NCBI GenBank assembly: GCA_963643035.1
Contig: CAVIKO010000004.1
Coordinates: 3,248 to 67,247 of the forward strand
DNA length: 64,000 nt
Direction: 5' to 3'
Source: a bacterium
Lineage (GTDB): Bacteria > Bacillota > Clostridia > Oscillospirales > CAG-272
This document shows, piece after piece, positions 28,710 to 39,384 of this stretch. A program made the translations under genes and the position numbers. The notes beneath the pieces are model-generated. The model searched no databases. It saw nothing but the letters and a program-made list of their open reading frames with translations, and had not been told where the DNA came from. Numbering within the stretch: position 1 is the first letter of the stretch; the number at the start of each line of letters is the position of its first letter.

Positions 28710-31700
28710 TTATTCGTTGATCGTCGAGATCGTGGGGATTGTCTCCTCCAGTACGTCGAGAACAATGCGGACGGTGTCGAGGGAGGTGAACATCGTCACG
28801 CCGTTCTGGACGGCACAGCGGCGGATCGCCACGCCATCCGCATAGTGGACGCCGGATAGGATCGCGCGCGTGTTGATGATGTAGCTCACATAGCCTGCGC
28901 GGATGGAGTCCAGGATTTCCTCGCTTCCTTCGCTGAGCTTGCCGCGTACACGGGTGCGGATGCCATGCTCTTTTAGGAATGTCGCCGTTCCGATTGTCGC
29001 CTCAATGTTGAAGCCGAGATGGTAGAAGCGGCGGACGAGCGGCAGGGCTTCTTCCTTATCCTCGTCTGCAAGGGTCACGATCACTGTGCCGTAATCCTTC
29101 ATTTTCACGCCGGACGCCTGCAATGCCTTGTAGAGCGCACGGTTCAGCCGTTTGTCGTAGCCGATTGCCTCACCGGTCGATTTCATTTCCGGAGAGAGAT
29201 ATGCATCCATGCCTGTGAGCTTCGCAAAGGAGAATGCCGGTGCCTTTACGTACCAGCGCTCTCTGTCCGGCGGGATCAGATCGACAATTCCCTGATCGGC
29301 GAGCGATTCGCCAAGCATCACACGGGTCGCGATCTGCACGAGATTTACCCCGGTGGATTTCGAGAGAAACGGCACGCTGCGCGACGCACGGGGATTCACT
29401 TCAATGACGTACACATGGTCGTTCTTGTCCACGATGAACTGGATGTTGTAAAGCCCCACGATCCCAATGCCAAGTCCGAGCCGCCGCGTATAGTCCGCGA
29501 TCACATCCCGTACCGCCTGCGAGAGGGAGAACGGCGGATATACGCTGGTGCTGTCGCCGGAGTGTACTCCCGTCCGTTCCACAAGCTCCATGATTCCCGG
29601 AAGGAATACCTCGCGCCCATCGCAGATTGCGTCTACCTCCACCTCGCGCCCAACGAGATATTTGTCGATGAGTACCGGCTTGTCCTCATCTACCTCTACC
29701 GCCGTGCGCAGATATTTCCGAAGCATGGATTCGTTCGCCACGATTTCCATCGCCCGACCACCGAGAACAAAACTCGGACGGACCAGCACCGGATACCCGA
29801 TCTTTTCTGCAACCTCTACGCCTTTTTCAATGTCCGTCACCGCTTCTCCCTTCGGATTCGGGATGGAGAGCGATTTGATCACCGCGTCAAAGGCATCTCT
29901 GTCCTCCGCCTTGTCGATCGCCACGCAATCCGTACCGATGATCCGCACTCCGCGTGCGGCAAGGGGGGCGGCAAGATTGATCGCGGTCTGCCCGCCGAGC
30001 GTTACGATCACGCCCTCCGGCTTCTCAAGTGCGATGATGTTCATTACGTCTTCAGCGGTCAACGGCTCGAAATAGAGCTTGTCGGCAGTCGTGTAATCTG
30101 TGGAAACCGTCTCCGGGTTGTTGTTGATGACAATCGCCTCGTAGCCGCACTCCCGGATTGTGCGCACTGCATGAACCGTCGAATAGTCGAATTCCACACC
30201 CTGTCCGATGCGGATCGGGCCGGAACCCAGCACGATTACTTTTTTCTTGTTCGATACCACCGATTCGTTTTCATCCGCATACGTGGAGTAGAAGTACGGT
30301 ACATAGCTGTCAAACTCGCTTGCGCATGTGTCGATCATCTTGTATATCGGGTAAATCTTTTCCGATTGGCGCAGTGCGTAGATTTCGTCCTCCGTGCAGT
30401 GCCACAGCTCTGCCGCGTAGGAATCCGAGAAGCCGAGCCGTTTTGCTTCACGCAGCCGATCCGTATCGCCGGGATGGGCTTCCATTTCCTTTTCGAAGTC
30501 TACAATGTGCTGGATCTTGTCGAGGAAGAACATGTCGATCTGCGTGATGTCGCAGATGAGAGACGGATCGACCCCCATCCACATGAGCTGTGAAATTGCA
30601 TACAGTCTGTCGTCCGTACCGTCCTTGATGTAGTCGAGAAGCTCGTCCACGCTCATGTGCGCGGAGTCGAATTTCTCCATGTGGATGTGGTTCTTGCCCT
30701 CCTCCAGAGAACGGATCGCCTTCAGAAGACTTTCTTCAAATGTCCGTCCCACGCTCATAACTTCCCCGGTCGCCTTCATCTGTGTGGACAGCGTGTTTTG
30801 CGCCGCCGGGAATTTGTCAAACGGGAACCGCGGCATTTTCGTCACCACATAGTCGAGGGTCGGTTCAAAGGAGGCGGGTGTGTTCGCGAGCGGAATCTCA
30901 TGCAGATTCATGCCAACAGCGATCTTTGCCGATACCCGTGCGATCGGATATCCGCTTGCCTTGGATGCGAGTGCCGACGACCGGGATACGCGCGGATTTA
31001 CTTCAATTACATAATACCGGAATGAATGGGGATCGAGCGCGAACTGGACGTTACAGCCCCCCTTGACGCCGAGCGCGCGTATGATCTTTAAGGCGCTGTT
31101 CCGGAGCATCTGGTATTCGCGGTTGGTCAGCGTCTGGCTCGGTGCCACTACAATGGAGTCGCCGGTGTGGATGCCGACCGGATCGAGGTTTTCCATATTG
31201 CAAACCGTGATCGCCGTGTCGTTCGCGTCCCGGATTACCTCATACTCGATTTCCTTGTAGCCCTTGATGCTCTTTTCGACCAGTACCTGATGTACCGGGG
31301 AGAGAGCGAGTGCGTTCTTCATCATTTCCCGCAGCTCCTCCGGAGTGTACGCGAAGCCGCCTCCGGTGCCGCCAAGCGTGAATGCCGGACGCAGGATCAC
31401 CGGGTAACCGATCTCCTCCGCTGCCGCGATCGCTTCGTCAATGGTATATGTGATTTTTGACGGCACGACCGGTTCGCCGATTCGTTCGCACAGCTCCTTG
31501 AACAGTTCTCTGTCCTCCGCGCACTCGATGCTCTTTGCGTCCGTGCCAAGCAGCTCGATTTCGCATTCGTCGAGTACGCCCTTTTTATAAAGCTGCATGG
31601 CGAGGTTTAATCCGGTCTGACCGCCGATGCCGGGAACGATGGCGTTCGGACGCTCATAGCGGCAGATGCGCGCTAAAAATTCGAGGGTCAGCGGCTCCAT

Positions 31701-31895
31701 GTATACCTTGTCTGCCACGGAGGTGTCTGTCATGATTGTCGCCGGATTGGAGTTTGCGAGAATGACCTCGTAGCCTTCCTCCTTCAGCGCGAGACAAGCC
31801 TGCGTCCCGGCATAGTCAAATTCCGCCGCTTGTCCGATTACGATGGGACCGGAGCCGATCACCAGTACCTTTTTGATGTCTGTTCTTTTAGGCAT
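28710..31895 (-). CDS. carB: carbamoyl-phosphate synthase large subunit
   Basis: 1061 aa with duplicated ATP-grasp halves and a canonical N-terminus ([33 protein letters not shown]). Confidence 0.95.
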   Translation of the reverse strand: MPKRTDIKKVLVIGSGPIVIGQAAEFDYAGTQACLALKEEGYEVILANSNPATIMTDTSVADKVYMEPLTLEFLARICRYERPNAIVPGIGGQTGLNLAMQLYKKGVLDECEIELLGTDAKSIECAEDRELFKELCERIGEPVVPSKITYTIDEAIAAAEEIGYPVILRPAFTLGGTGGGFAYTPEELREMMKNALALSPVHQVLVEKSIKGYKEIEYEVIRDANDTAITVCNMENLDPVGIHTGDSIVVAPSQTLTNREYQMLRNSALKIIRALGVKGGCNVQFALDPHSFRYYVIEVNPRVSRSSALASKASGYPIARVSAKIAVGMNLHEIPLANTPASFEPTLDYVVTKMPRFPFDKFPAAQNTLSTQMKATGEVMSVGRTFEESLLKAIRSLEEGKNHIHMEKFDSAHMSVDELLDYIKDGTDDRLYAISQLMWMGVDPSLICDITQIDMFFLDKIQHIVDFEKEMEAHPGDTDRLREAKRLGFSDSYAAELWHCTEDEIYALRQSEKIYPIYKMIDTCASEFDSYVPYFYSTYADENESVVSNKKKVIVLGSGPIRIGQGVEFDYSTVHAVRTIRECGYEAIVINNNPETVSTDYTTADKLYFEPLTAEDVMNIIALEKPEGVIVTLGGQTAINLAAPLAARGVRIIGTDCVAIDKAEDRDAFDAVIKSLSIPNPKGEAVTDIEKGVEVAEKIGYPVLVRPSFVLGGRAMEIVANESMLRKYLRTAVEVDEDKPVLIDKYLVGREVEVDAICDGREVFLPGIMELVERTGVHSGDSTSVYPPFSLSQAVRDVIADYTRRLGLGIGIVGLYNIQFIVDKNDHVYVIEVNPRASRSVPFLSKSTGVNLVQIATRVMLGESLADQGIVDLIPPDRERWYVKAPAFSFAKLTGMDAYLSPEMKSTGEAIGYDKRLNRALYKALQASGVKMKDYGTVIVTLADEDKEEALPLVRRFYHLGFNIEATIGTATFLKEHGIRTRVRGKLSEGSEEILDSIRAGYVSYIINTRAILSGVHYADGVAIRRCAVQNGVTMFTSLDTVRIVLDVLEETIPTISTINE

Positions 31896-32982
31896 TTTTC
31901 CCGTCCTCCTTCATGTATGCGACAAACTTCTCAAATAAATATCCGCTGTCCTCCGGTCCCGGTGCGCTTTCCGGATGATACTGTACAGAAAATACCCGAT
32001 CCGCAGTGCACTCCATCCCCTCCACGGTGCCATCCAGGAGATTCCGATGAGTAACGACCAGTCCGCTGTTCCGGAGGGAATCTTCGTTTACGGCGTAGCT
32101 GTGGTTCTGCGAGGTGATTTCGATCTTGCCGTCAGATAGGCGCATGACGGGGTGGTTGCCGCCGCGGTGTCCGAATTTCAGCTTGTAGGTAGAACCGCCA
32201 TATGCCAAAGCGATCATCTGGTGCCCAAGACAGATGCCGAAGAGTGGATATTTTCCGCGCAGTCCGCGAATCGTCTCAATCACCGGAGTGACGTCCTCCG
32301 GGTCTCCGGGGCCGTTTGAGAAGAATACGCCGTCCGGCTTCATAAACGCGATTTCCTCTGCGGTGGTGTTGTACGGTACAACGGTCACATTGCAGCCGAT
32401 GCGGTTTAAGGAGCGGACGATGTTGAGCTTTATTCCACAGTCCACGGCGACGACGTTGAAGCGCGGGTTCGAGGTGCGGGAATACCACCGTTTTTTTGCG
32501 CTGACACGGGATACCTGATCGTGCGGTACCGGGGTGCTTTGCAGGATGTGCAGCGCTTCTTCGGTCGGTGTGTCGATGGCGGTGATGATGACCCGGCGGG
32601 AGCCGAGATCGCGGATGGAACGTGTCAGCTTCCGAGTGTCTATGCCGGAAATGCCGGGAATGCCGTTTTCCTCAAGCAGCTCCGACAGGGTTTTTGTATA
32701 GCGGAAGTTCGATGGCGCGTCGTTGTAGTCGCACACAATCATGCCGCCGATGGAGGGATTTTTACATTCAAAATCGTCGTCCGTGATTCCGTAGTTGCCG
32801 ATCAGCGGGTAGGTCATCACCACCATCTGATCCGTATACGACGGGTCGGACACGATCTCCTGATACCCGACCATCGAGGTGTTGAATACAATCTCACAAA
32901 CACGATCCGTCGCCGCACCAAAGCCGTAGCCGGGATATACCGCGCCGTCCTCCAAAACGATCTTTCGATCCATCGCTCTCAT
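31888..32982 (-). CDS. carA: carbamoyl-phosphate synthase small (glutaminase) subunit
   Basis: GICLGHQ active-site motif. Overlaps the carB start. RBS is AGGAG, 7 nt upstream. Confidence 0.93.
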   Translation of the reverse strand: MRAMDRKIVLEDGAVYPGYGFGAATDRVCEIVFNTSMVGYQEIVSDPSYTDQMVVMTYPLIGNYGITDDDFECKNPSIGGMIVCDYNDAPSNFRYTKTLSELLEENGIPGISGIDTRKLTRSIRDLGSRRVIITAIDTPTEEALHILQSTPVPHDQVSRVSAKKRWYSRTSNPRFNVVAVDCGIKLNIVRSLNRIGCNVTVVPYNTTAEEIAFMKPDGVFFSNGPGDPEDVTPVIETIRGLRGKYPLFGICLGHQMIALAYGGSTYKLKFGHRGGNHPVMRLSDGKIEITSQNHSYAVNEDSLRNSGLVVTHRNLLDGTVEGMECTADRVFSVQYHPESAPGPEDSGYLFEKFVAYMKEDGKNA

Positions 32983-33062
32983 ACCATCACTCCTGTTCCG
33001 CAGATCTGTGATTAACTATGCAGAAAGCCACACAAATCGTGCATAAAAATACGGTACTTTTC

Positions 33063-33091
33063 ATTATACCAGAGAATTGTGAATAAATCTA
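33063..33091 (-). promoter_or_regulatory. carA-proximal promoter (extended -10)
   Basis: Minus strand: TAGATT, a 17-nt spacer, then TGgTATAAT. It lies about 80 nt upstream of the carA ATG and downstream of the 33102-33131 terminator. Confidence 0.55.
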
Positions 33092-33101
33092 CAAATGGGC
33101 A

Positions 33102-33131
33102 ACAAAAAACCGCCTGTTTGGAAACAGACGG
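33102..33131 (-). terminator. intrinsic terminator inside the carA upstream region (attenuator or end of a small transcript)
   Basis: Minus strand: CCGTCTGTTT pairs with AAACAGGCGG, followed by a T6 run. Confidence 0.7.
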
Positions 33132-33306
33132 GACAGAATATATCGGGAAAGGCGAAATACAAACCGTCCAGCCGTCATCTGGAAAACAACGGATACGACA
33201 GACGGACGGAAAACGAAATGAAAACAGCGAGAGCGCGGTGTGGTTCTCTTGTACCCGCTCTGGCAGATTCCGGTCATGACGTTCCTCCATCGTTTGTATT
33301 TCCAAT

Positions 33307-33335
33307 AGTATACCACAAACAGTTCCAAAAATCTA
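33307..33335 (-). promoter_or_regulatory. distal promoter upstream of carA (extended -10)
   Basis: Minus strand: TAGATT, a 17-nt spacer, then TGgTATACT. It shares the GTAGATTT...TGGTATA architecture with the proximal promoter. Confidence 0.55.
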
Positions 33336-33348
33336 CTGCCAATACCAA

Positions 33349-33378
33349 CGAAAAACCGTCCCCTTGCAGAGACGGTTT
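33349..33378 (-). terminator. intrinsic terminator downstream of the quinone oxidoreductase gene
   Basis: AAACCGTC (33353-33360) pairs with GACGGTTT (33371-33378). A T-run follows on the minus strand. Confidence 0.7.
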
Positions 33379-33393
33379 GTGAATTTTGTGGAG

Positions 33394-34365
33394 TTACCGC
33401 ACCGTGAGTACCACCTTACCGATATTGCCGCTTTGGTAGAGCATGGTGTGCGCCGCATCCGCTTCCGCGAGAGGGAATGTGGCGTATATGGTCGGTCGAA
33501 GAACACCGGATGTGATCGCCGGATAGAAATCGCGCTGAAGAGCAGCGAGAATTTCCGCTTTTACCGATGGCTCGCGTGCGCGCAGGGTGCTGCCGACCAG
33601 GCGCACGCCGCATGCATAGAGCTTTCGCAAATCGACGGTCGTTTCCTCCCCGCCGAGTGATGCAATCACGATCCATCGACCGCCGCGCGCCATGTACGGT
33701 AAGCATTCGCCGACTGCCGCGCCGCCCACACAGTCTACGGCAATGTCTATGGTTTGCGGATGGGCTGTAAAATAGGCGGACAGCGGGCTTTTCCGCGTGT
33801 TCAGAACCACATCGGCTCCGAGATGTGCGATGGCATCCGCTTTTGTATCGGAGCGCACCGTGGTGACGACGTGGAGTTTTGCAAGTTTTGCCATCGGGAT
33901 CATCACACTGGCCAGTCCGCTGCCACCCGCCGTGATCAGCACCGTATCTCCGGCTTTCGCTCCGGCTTCCCGGAACAGATTGAGATACGCGGTTGCAAAA
34001 GCTTCCGGGATCGCCGCAGCTTCGATCATGGACACACCGTCGGGTACAGGCAGGCACATATCATATCGGACGGCAGCAAATTCCGCGTATCCTCCGCCGC
34101 CAAGCAGCGCGCAGATCTTTTCCCCGATGCGCCAGTGTTGTGCGGCAATCGGTCCCAACGCGCATACCTCGCCGGATACCTCCAACCCCATCCATTCGGG
34201 ACAGCCGGGCGGTGGTGGATAATTTCCCTCTCGCTGCATGAGATCGGCGCGGTTCACGCCGGCAGCATGGACGCGAATGAGTACCTCATCGTCGCGCGGA
34301 GACGGCGTGGGTACGGCAGTATAGGATAGCGTGTGGGTTGCGGGATCGGCGAGAATTGCATACAT
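33394..34365 (-). CDS. NAD(P)H:quinone oxidoreductase (MDR superfamily, PIG3-like)
   Basis: Motifs RVHAAGVNRADLMQREGNYPPPPG and VLITAGGSGLAS. Confidence 0.85.
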   Translation of the reverse strand: MYAILADPATHTLSYTAVPTPSPRDDEVLIRVHAAGVNRADLMQREGNYPPPPGCPEWMGLEVSGEVCALGPIAAQHWRIGEKICALLGGGGYAEFAAVRYDMCLPVPDGVSMIEAAAIPEAFATAYLNLFREAGAKAGDTVLITAGGSGLASVMIPMAKLAKLHVVTTVRSDTKADAIAHLGADVVLNTRKSPLSAYFTAHPQTIDIAVDCVGGAAVGECLPYMARGGRWIVIASLGGEETTVDLRKLYACGVRLVGSTLRAREPSVKAEILAALQRDFYPAITSGVLRPTIYATFPLAEADAAHTMLYQSGNIGKVVLTVR

Positions 34366-34513
34366 AAGCTGATAAATCCTTTTTGATATTTTATGATGAA
34401 TGGTATAGCAGTTTTTTTTGTAAGAAAAAACAGAAAATGGAGGTTAAGCAGACTAGCTTGATGAAATATATTACTCTACGCTAGTACTTCCTGATGACAT
34501 GAGAAACAAAACA

Positions 34514-36064
34514 TCAGTATCCGGTTTTATTGCCATTAGTTACATTACCTTTCGCAACTTCTTTGACTGTTTCCATGTACTCTTCGAGAGCTTTTTCCAT
34601 GCTGCGCTGTTTGGCTGCAACAGTGGATGCCATGATGTCTGCTGATTTTGCAGTTACACCACAGTTAAGAAACAATTGATCTGGCGAACCGATAGCGTTT
34701 GAAAAAACATACCAGAAGGCAAGATTGGTGCTTTCTTTGACAAGATCAAACATGCGCGCTGTTTCAGTGCTCTCAGAATACTTGGTTTTTAGTGCTGTTT
34801 CAAAGTATGCAGGCAGAACATTTGTGTAATTGGAAGCAGATAAGGCTTCTAAAACAGCTCCTGCCATTGTAGGATTCTTTGCTACTGTGGTTAGTGAAAA
34901 AGAATTGTGTGTGTTTCGGCTGATGGAGTGATATTTTTCCTGCGATTCATTGAGTTTCGGGTACGGAATGATACCGTAGGAATCTTCCATATCACGATAC
35001 TGTGTTACTGCATCGTCCATTTCTGCGGAGATACCGAGTATGGATCCGGCTTTAAATTTTTCAGAAAGTGCGGTGTAGCCTGCTAGTTGATTCGGTATTG
35101 CATTTGTGCCATTGTATGCATAGAAACCGTTTGTATCGTGGAAAAGAGTGTAAAGCTTGTTACACATGATATCGTCTCGATCTTTGCCAAAGGTGAATTG
35201 CCAATTTCCGTTTTCATCTCGCTTGTACATATCACCGCCGAGGGAGGAGAGGAAACCCTTCGGATGGTTGAGATCGTGGGAGATGAAGCCGAGCTGGTCA
35301 TCTTCGCTATATTTTCCGTCACCGTTCAGATCGGTACAAGAAAGCTCTGTCAATTCCATACATTTATCAATCGTCCACTTTCCGCTCTCCACGACTTCAT
35401 AGATGTCTATGCCATAGTTCTCTGCCGTTTGCAAGTTGACATAGTAACAGTATGTGCATTTCAGGTAGCCGAGGGATGCATCCCCGGAAAGAAAGTATAC
35501 TTTTCCATCAAGAGACATATCCTCAATAATACCGTCGAGATAATACGGCTTTGTGAGGTCAATGAACTCGTTGGGGGTGATATCTTGGAAAATACCGTTT
35601 TGAAGCATGACAGATGCATTGCCAATCATGAGATCCACCCAGTCGTACACTACATCTCCGGCAATGACGGTTTTGATGATATCCTGCATATAGCTCTGCC
35701 GTACATCTGTAAGGTGTCCCGGCTTGAGAATTGTTTTGAGTTTAACATTAAGCCGATCTTCCACGCCTATGCGACTGTTGTAGATAGCATCATTCACTAC
35801 ATCGCCATTCAATTCTGTAGTATAAAACTCGTTTGCAATCTCCTCGCGATAGAGAAAAGATACTTCTCCTCCGTCAAAGTTTAAGGTATCCGGAAGATCA
35901 TCTATTGATCCAGTTTCGGTCGCTTGTGCAGTATCCGCCCCTTCAATAGTTGCTTCTGGAAAGGCGGATTCTTGTTTGGTGTCGCTTGTATTCGCAGTGC
36001 GGCAGGAGTATAAAATGGCACAGAGAATACATAGGGCAGCTAGTCTCTTTTCTGTGTGTTTCAT
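34514..36064 (-). CDS. extracellular solute-binding lipoprotein (ABC-type, about 500-aa sugar-binding class)
   Basis: Lipobox LYSC after a hydrophobic signal. Paralogous to the 46602-48092 product. There is no adjacent permease gene. G+C is low. Confidence 0.8.
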   Translation of the reverse strand: MKHTEKRLAALCILCAILYSCRTANTSDTKQESAFPEATIEGADTAQATETGSIDDLPDTLNFDGGEVSFLYREEIANEFYTTELNGDVVNDAIYNSRIGVEDRLNVKLKTILKPGHLTDVRQSYMQDIIKTVIAGDVVYDWVDLMIGNASVMLQNGIFQDITPNEFIDLTKPYYLDGIIEDMSLDGKVYFLSGDASLGYLKCTYCYYVNLQTAENYGIDIYEVVESGKWTIDKCMELTELSCTDLNGDGKYSEDDQLGFISHDLNHPKGFLSSLGGDMYKRDENGNWQFTFGKDRDDIMCNKLYTLFHDTNGFYAYNGTNAIPNQLAGYTALSEKFKAGSILGISAEMDDAVTQYRDMEDSYGIIPYPKLNESQEKYHSISRNTHNSFSLTTVAKNPTMAGAVLEALSASNYTNVLPAYFETALKTKYSESTETARMFDLVKESTNLAFWYVFSNAIGSPDQLFLNCGVTAKSADIMASTVAAKQRSMEKALEEYMETVKEVAKGNVTNGNKTGY

Positions 36065-36125
36065 AAACGATTCTCCTTTATAAATTTATCAAGGTCGAAA
36101 GCTGCGAATTTACGAATGAGTTGAT

Positions 36126-37130
36126 TTATTTTGCGTGTTTTGCCGTATAGGCGTCCATATACGAGAGGATAGGCGTATTCCACCAATGATATTCTTTTGG
36201 CAGACGGCTGTACTCTCTGGCGAGTCCGTCATGCAGGAGTGTAAAACTCTCTTGAGATAGACCTGTGACAGACAGAATTTTGTGGTTGTCCACAATGCGG
36301 TTCAGAAGCCTGTCGTAGAGAAGTTGGTAACGTGTACTGGCAAAAATCTGCTGACCGTCGCTGAGAAGCTGTAAATAATCATCCTGCGGAATCCATTCAT
36401 AGCGCAGTCCGCCGATTTCTCGGTAAATTTCCGCAACGGTTTCCCATGTATTGTGTTCTGCTGTGGCTGTCGTGAAACGTTGCATATAGGAGAGATCATT
36501 CCAGAGCAGACCCGCAATCATTTTTGCAACATCACCGGCCCATGTCATCGTTGCCTGTATGTTTCGTGCAGTGTCTGGCAGATAGACGGTTTTACCGGCA
36601 CGCATCCGTTCGATAAGCACTGGAGCTTCCAGCGTGACAAGTTGAAACCGGAACCGAGAATATGTAATCGCCGGACGGATGATAGTATAATTTCTATATT
36701 TGGATGTGGATAGAATGTTTTCTCCCTTTGCTTTGTACAGAGAATAATCATCGGATGCGAGATACGCCGTATCAGTCGAGGTATCGAGAAGGCGCGGCGA
36801 ATCCTCTGTAATTGGAAAGGAACCGTCATATACACGATAAGAGGATAGAAATACATAGTGGCCTGTATTACCAAGCAGTGTATCCATCGCCTCTCGAAAG
36901 CTCTCGCCAGGATAGAGCATGAAATCCACAATAGCATCATAGCCATTTGCGCAAAAAGAGGCGCGTACTGCAGGATCTAAAAAGTTCGCCTTGAAATAAT
37001 GCAATTCCGGGTCGTCTGAAGTGCAGTCATCCAAAGACACAACATCTACGGCATAACCGCACCGTCGCAGTTCCGGTACCAGATAAATGCCCATCGCACC
37101 AGTACCGCCAGGAATTAATACTCGTTTCAT
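36126..37130 (-). CDS. NAD-dependent epimerase/dehydratase family protein
   Basis: N-terminal Rossmann motif IPGGTGAMG. G+C is low. Confidence 0.8.
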   Translation of the reverse strand: MKRVLIPGGTGAMGIYLVPELRRCGYAVDVVSLDDCTSDDPELHYFKANFLDPAVRASFCANGYDAIVDFMLYPGESFREAMDTLLGNTGHYVFLSSYRVYDGSFPITEDSPRLLDTSTDTAYLASDDYSLYKAKGENILSTSKYRNYTIIRPAITYSRFRFQLVTLEAPVLIERMRAGKTVYLPDTARNIQATMTWAGDVAKMIAGLLWNDLSYMQRFTTATAEHNTWETVAEIYREIGGLRYEWIPQDDYLQLLSDGQQIFASTRYQLLYDRLLNRIVDNHKILSVTGLSQESFTLLHDGLAREYSRLPKEYHWWNTPILSYMDAYTAKHAK

Positions 37131-37201
37131 ATGCTATACATCCTTTCCTTTCGTGGCTATTTCCATCTGTGGAAATGCTTGACATGATAGGTGTTTCTTC
37201 A

Positions 37202-38221
37202 TTATGTATTCCATTGAAACAGCACGCCCTGCGGGAAGTCACGTTCCCCGATCACGCGGTCGTATACGGCCTGTGCTTCGGTTGGGTCGTGGATTTCCGA
37301 GAGCATCCGATCGATGTGGATTCGTCCGCCGTGCTGGAGAGCGAGTGTGGCGCGGATGTCATCCCGATGCGTCCACCAGCCGGGAGAGGATTCCGTATCC
37401 GGTCTGGCGCAGGTATGTGCGCCGATCAGGGTGATGCCGGGACCGTGGATCTTGCGATAATAGTCGATGGTGAAATTCGGATCCCGCGTACAGCCGAGCA
37501 GCGCCACTCTTCCGAATCTTGCCATACAGTCGAGAACGGTGTCGAGAGCCTTCCCCTGGCCGCTGACCTCGATTGCTACTTTGCATCCGCCACCTGTGAT
37601 CCTTTTCACCTGCGCGGCAAAATCCGTGTCTGTGGGATCCAGAGCATAGTCTGCGCCTATGGTATATGCAAAATTGCGCCGGGATGCTACCGGATCGGCG
37701 GCGATCACGGGATACGCACCTGCCGCATGGAGAAATTGAACCGCCATTGCGCCGAGGATCCCCTGACCCATCACGATCGCCGCTTCACCAAGCTCTACGC
37801 GCGTTTTCCGTACCGCTGCCAGCGGGAACGTGCAGATATACGAAAACGCTGCCGCAGTGAGGGGAACATCGTCATAGGGGATTGGGATCACCTGATTTTC
37901 ATGCACGGTGCAGTAGCCGCGATGCTGACTGTTCCAGAGAGCCACACGATCGCCGATCTTGACGCTGCGCACTCCCGAACCGGTTTCCGCCACAATGCCG
38001 GAGCCGCTGTAGCCGAGCGCACGGGGAAAGTGAACCGCACCAACACCACCGTCGAATATGCTGATGTTCGGATCTCCCGTGATGTTTGCCCGTTCCGTGC
38101 CGCGGCTGATCGCCGTATATGCCATTTTTACAAGCACCTGACCGTTACCGGGGGCATAGATCGGAACGTCGCACAGCTCCGCTGTATTGATTTTTGTAAA
38201 GATGATCTGTTTTGTTTCCAT
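37202..38221 (-). CDS. zinc-type alcohol dehydrogenase-like (MDR family) oxidoreductase
   Basis: GroES-like N-terminus and Rossmann motif VMGQGILG. RBS is AAGGAGG. Confidence 0.8.
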   Translation of the reverse strand: METKQIIFTKINTAELCDVPIYAPGNGQVLVKMAYTAISRGTERANITGDPNISIFDGGVGAVHFPRALGYSGSGIVAETGSGVRSVKIGDRVALWNSQHRGYCTVHENQVIPIPYDDVPLTAAAFSYICTFPLAAVRKTRVELGEAAIVMGQGILGAMAVQFLHAAGAYPVIAADPVASRRNFAYTIGADYALDPTDTDFAAQVKRITGGGCKVAIEVSGQGKALDTVLDCMARFGRVALLGCTRDPNFTIDYYRKIHGPGITLIGAHTCARPDTESSPGWWTHRDDIRATLALQHGGRIHIDRMLSEIHDPTEAQAVYDRVIGERDFPQGVLFQWNT

Positions 38222-38236
38222 TGCGGATTGCCCTCC

Positions 38237-39241
38237 TTATACCGGTATGCCGCACGCTTCAAGCACCATTTTCTGTACATCAATTTCGCTCTGGTATGTG
38301 TAGGCAAGCTCCATTTCTCCGCGCACCGCGGCGGCAAACTCCTCCATCATTTTGTCGTACCGTCCGATCGGCGGAAATGCCACCGTCTCACCGTTGTCGC
38401 GCCACTCCTTCCCCGGCTCGTGGCGCGTGACCTTCATTCCGGTCGTCATGCCGCCTTTTACGTAGTATTCAAAGGGCTTGAGCTCCACAGACGCCTTCGT
38501 GCCCGTGATGACAAGCTGCCGCCGGTCAAAACCGTTGACCTCCGCTGCGCTCGTTTTCGCGAAGGAGATGCCGCGCCCGTAATCGAATACGGCAAAGCCA
38601 TAGTCCGGGCAGTCGATCCCCTCAGTCATGGTATGCCGGTTCATTGGCGTGACAGAGAGTGGGATCCCCTGAAAACGGTAGATCATATCGACAAGATGAC
38701 AGCCGAGAAAGAACATCATTCCGCCGCGAAACCGATTCAGCCATTCGCGCTTCTCCGGAGGATGGCGCACGCTCATCTGCGCGTCTACGGCAACGATGTC
38801 CCCCAACTCTCCGGCGCGCAGCATCTGCTCTGCCATGCGAACCGCCGGATTGTAGCGGTACATATATCCCATCTGGAACGGCAGGTGCTTTTTTCCCGCA
38901 AGCCGTACCATGGCCGTAAACGCGGGCAGATCCTCGCCGCCCGGCTTGTCCATGTGGACGGGAAATCCCGCCTCAATCGCCAGATGCGCGTTCGGAACAA
39001 GGGAAAATTCCTCTGTCTCCACAAGGATCGCATCAATGGTGCTGTCACCCAAAATATCGTCCCGATCGCGATGGGGGATCCCGCTATAGCAGGGCTGCCT
39101 GTTTAGTGTATCCTCCCACTCTGCCGATTCCGCGCATACGCCCGCGATCTCGAATGTTTCCGGCATACGGCGCATCGTATCCATAAATCCAGGCGCGTGA
39201 TCGTGTCCGACCCCAATCTGCGCTACACGAATTTTTGCCAT
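38237..39241 (-). CDS. Gfo/Idh/MocA family oxidoreductase
   Basis: Start is the internal ATG (MAKIRVAQIGVGHDHA) after AGGAGG. Confidence 0.85.
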   Translation of the reverse strand: MAKIRVAQIGVGHDHAPGFMDTMRRMPETFEIAGVCAESAEWEDTLNRQPCYSGIPHRDRDDILGDSTIDAILVETEEFSLVPNAHLAIEAGFPVHMDKPGGEDLPAFTAMVRLAGKKHLPFQMGYMYRYNPAVRMAEQMLRAGELGDIVAVDAQMSVRHPPEKREWLNRFRGGMMFFLGCHLVDMIYRFQGIPLSVTPMNRHTMTEGIDCPDYGFAVFDYGRGISFAKTSAAEVNGFDRRQLVITGTKASVELKPFEYYVKGGMTTGMKVTRHEPGKEWRDNGETVAFPPIGRYDKMMEEFAAAVRGEMELAYTYQSEIDVQKMVLEACGIPV

Positions 39242-39306
39242 ATGGTTCTGCCTCCTGTATGTAATTTGGGAATATAGTTTTTCTTCTACAGAAAAAGTAT
39301 ACCATA

Positions 39307-39335
39307 TTGACAAATCACATACCATATGCTATACT
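39307..39335 (+). promoter_or_regulatory. promoter of the AraC-family regulator gene
   Basis: TTGACA (39307-39312), a 17-nt spacer, then TGcTATACT (-10 at 39330-39335). It is overlapped by a 9-bp direct repeat, ATACCATAT, at 39299-39307 and 39319-39327. Confidence 0.65.
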
Positions 39336-39384
39336 GCTGGATGTATAAACAATTCTGCTTTTTTGCCGGAAAGGGTGCAGGACG

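Noticed and set aside
29019-30593. 524-aa ORF antisense to carB (similar cases: 11664-12659, 16075-16998, 26331-27302, 43557-44636, 46647-47816, 48237-49544, 1424-2311)
   Set aside because: Each is fully embedded opposite a gene with strong family motifs. None has an RBS or a recognisable motif.
37169-39106. 645-aa ORF on the plus strand
   Set aside because: It is antisense to two motif-supported dehydrogenase genes (Zn-ADH-like and Gfo/Idh/MocA). It has no recognisable domains and is an artefact of GC-rich codon structure.
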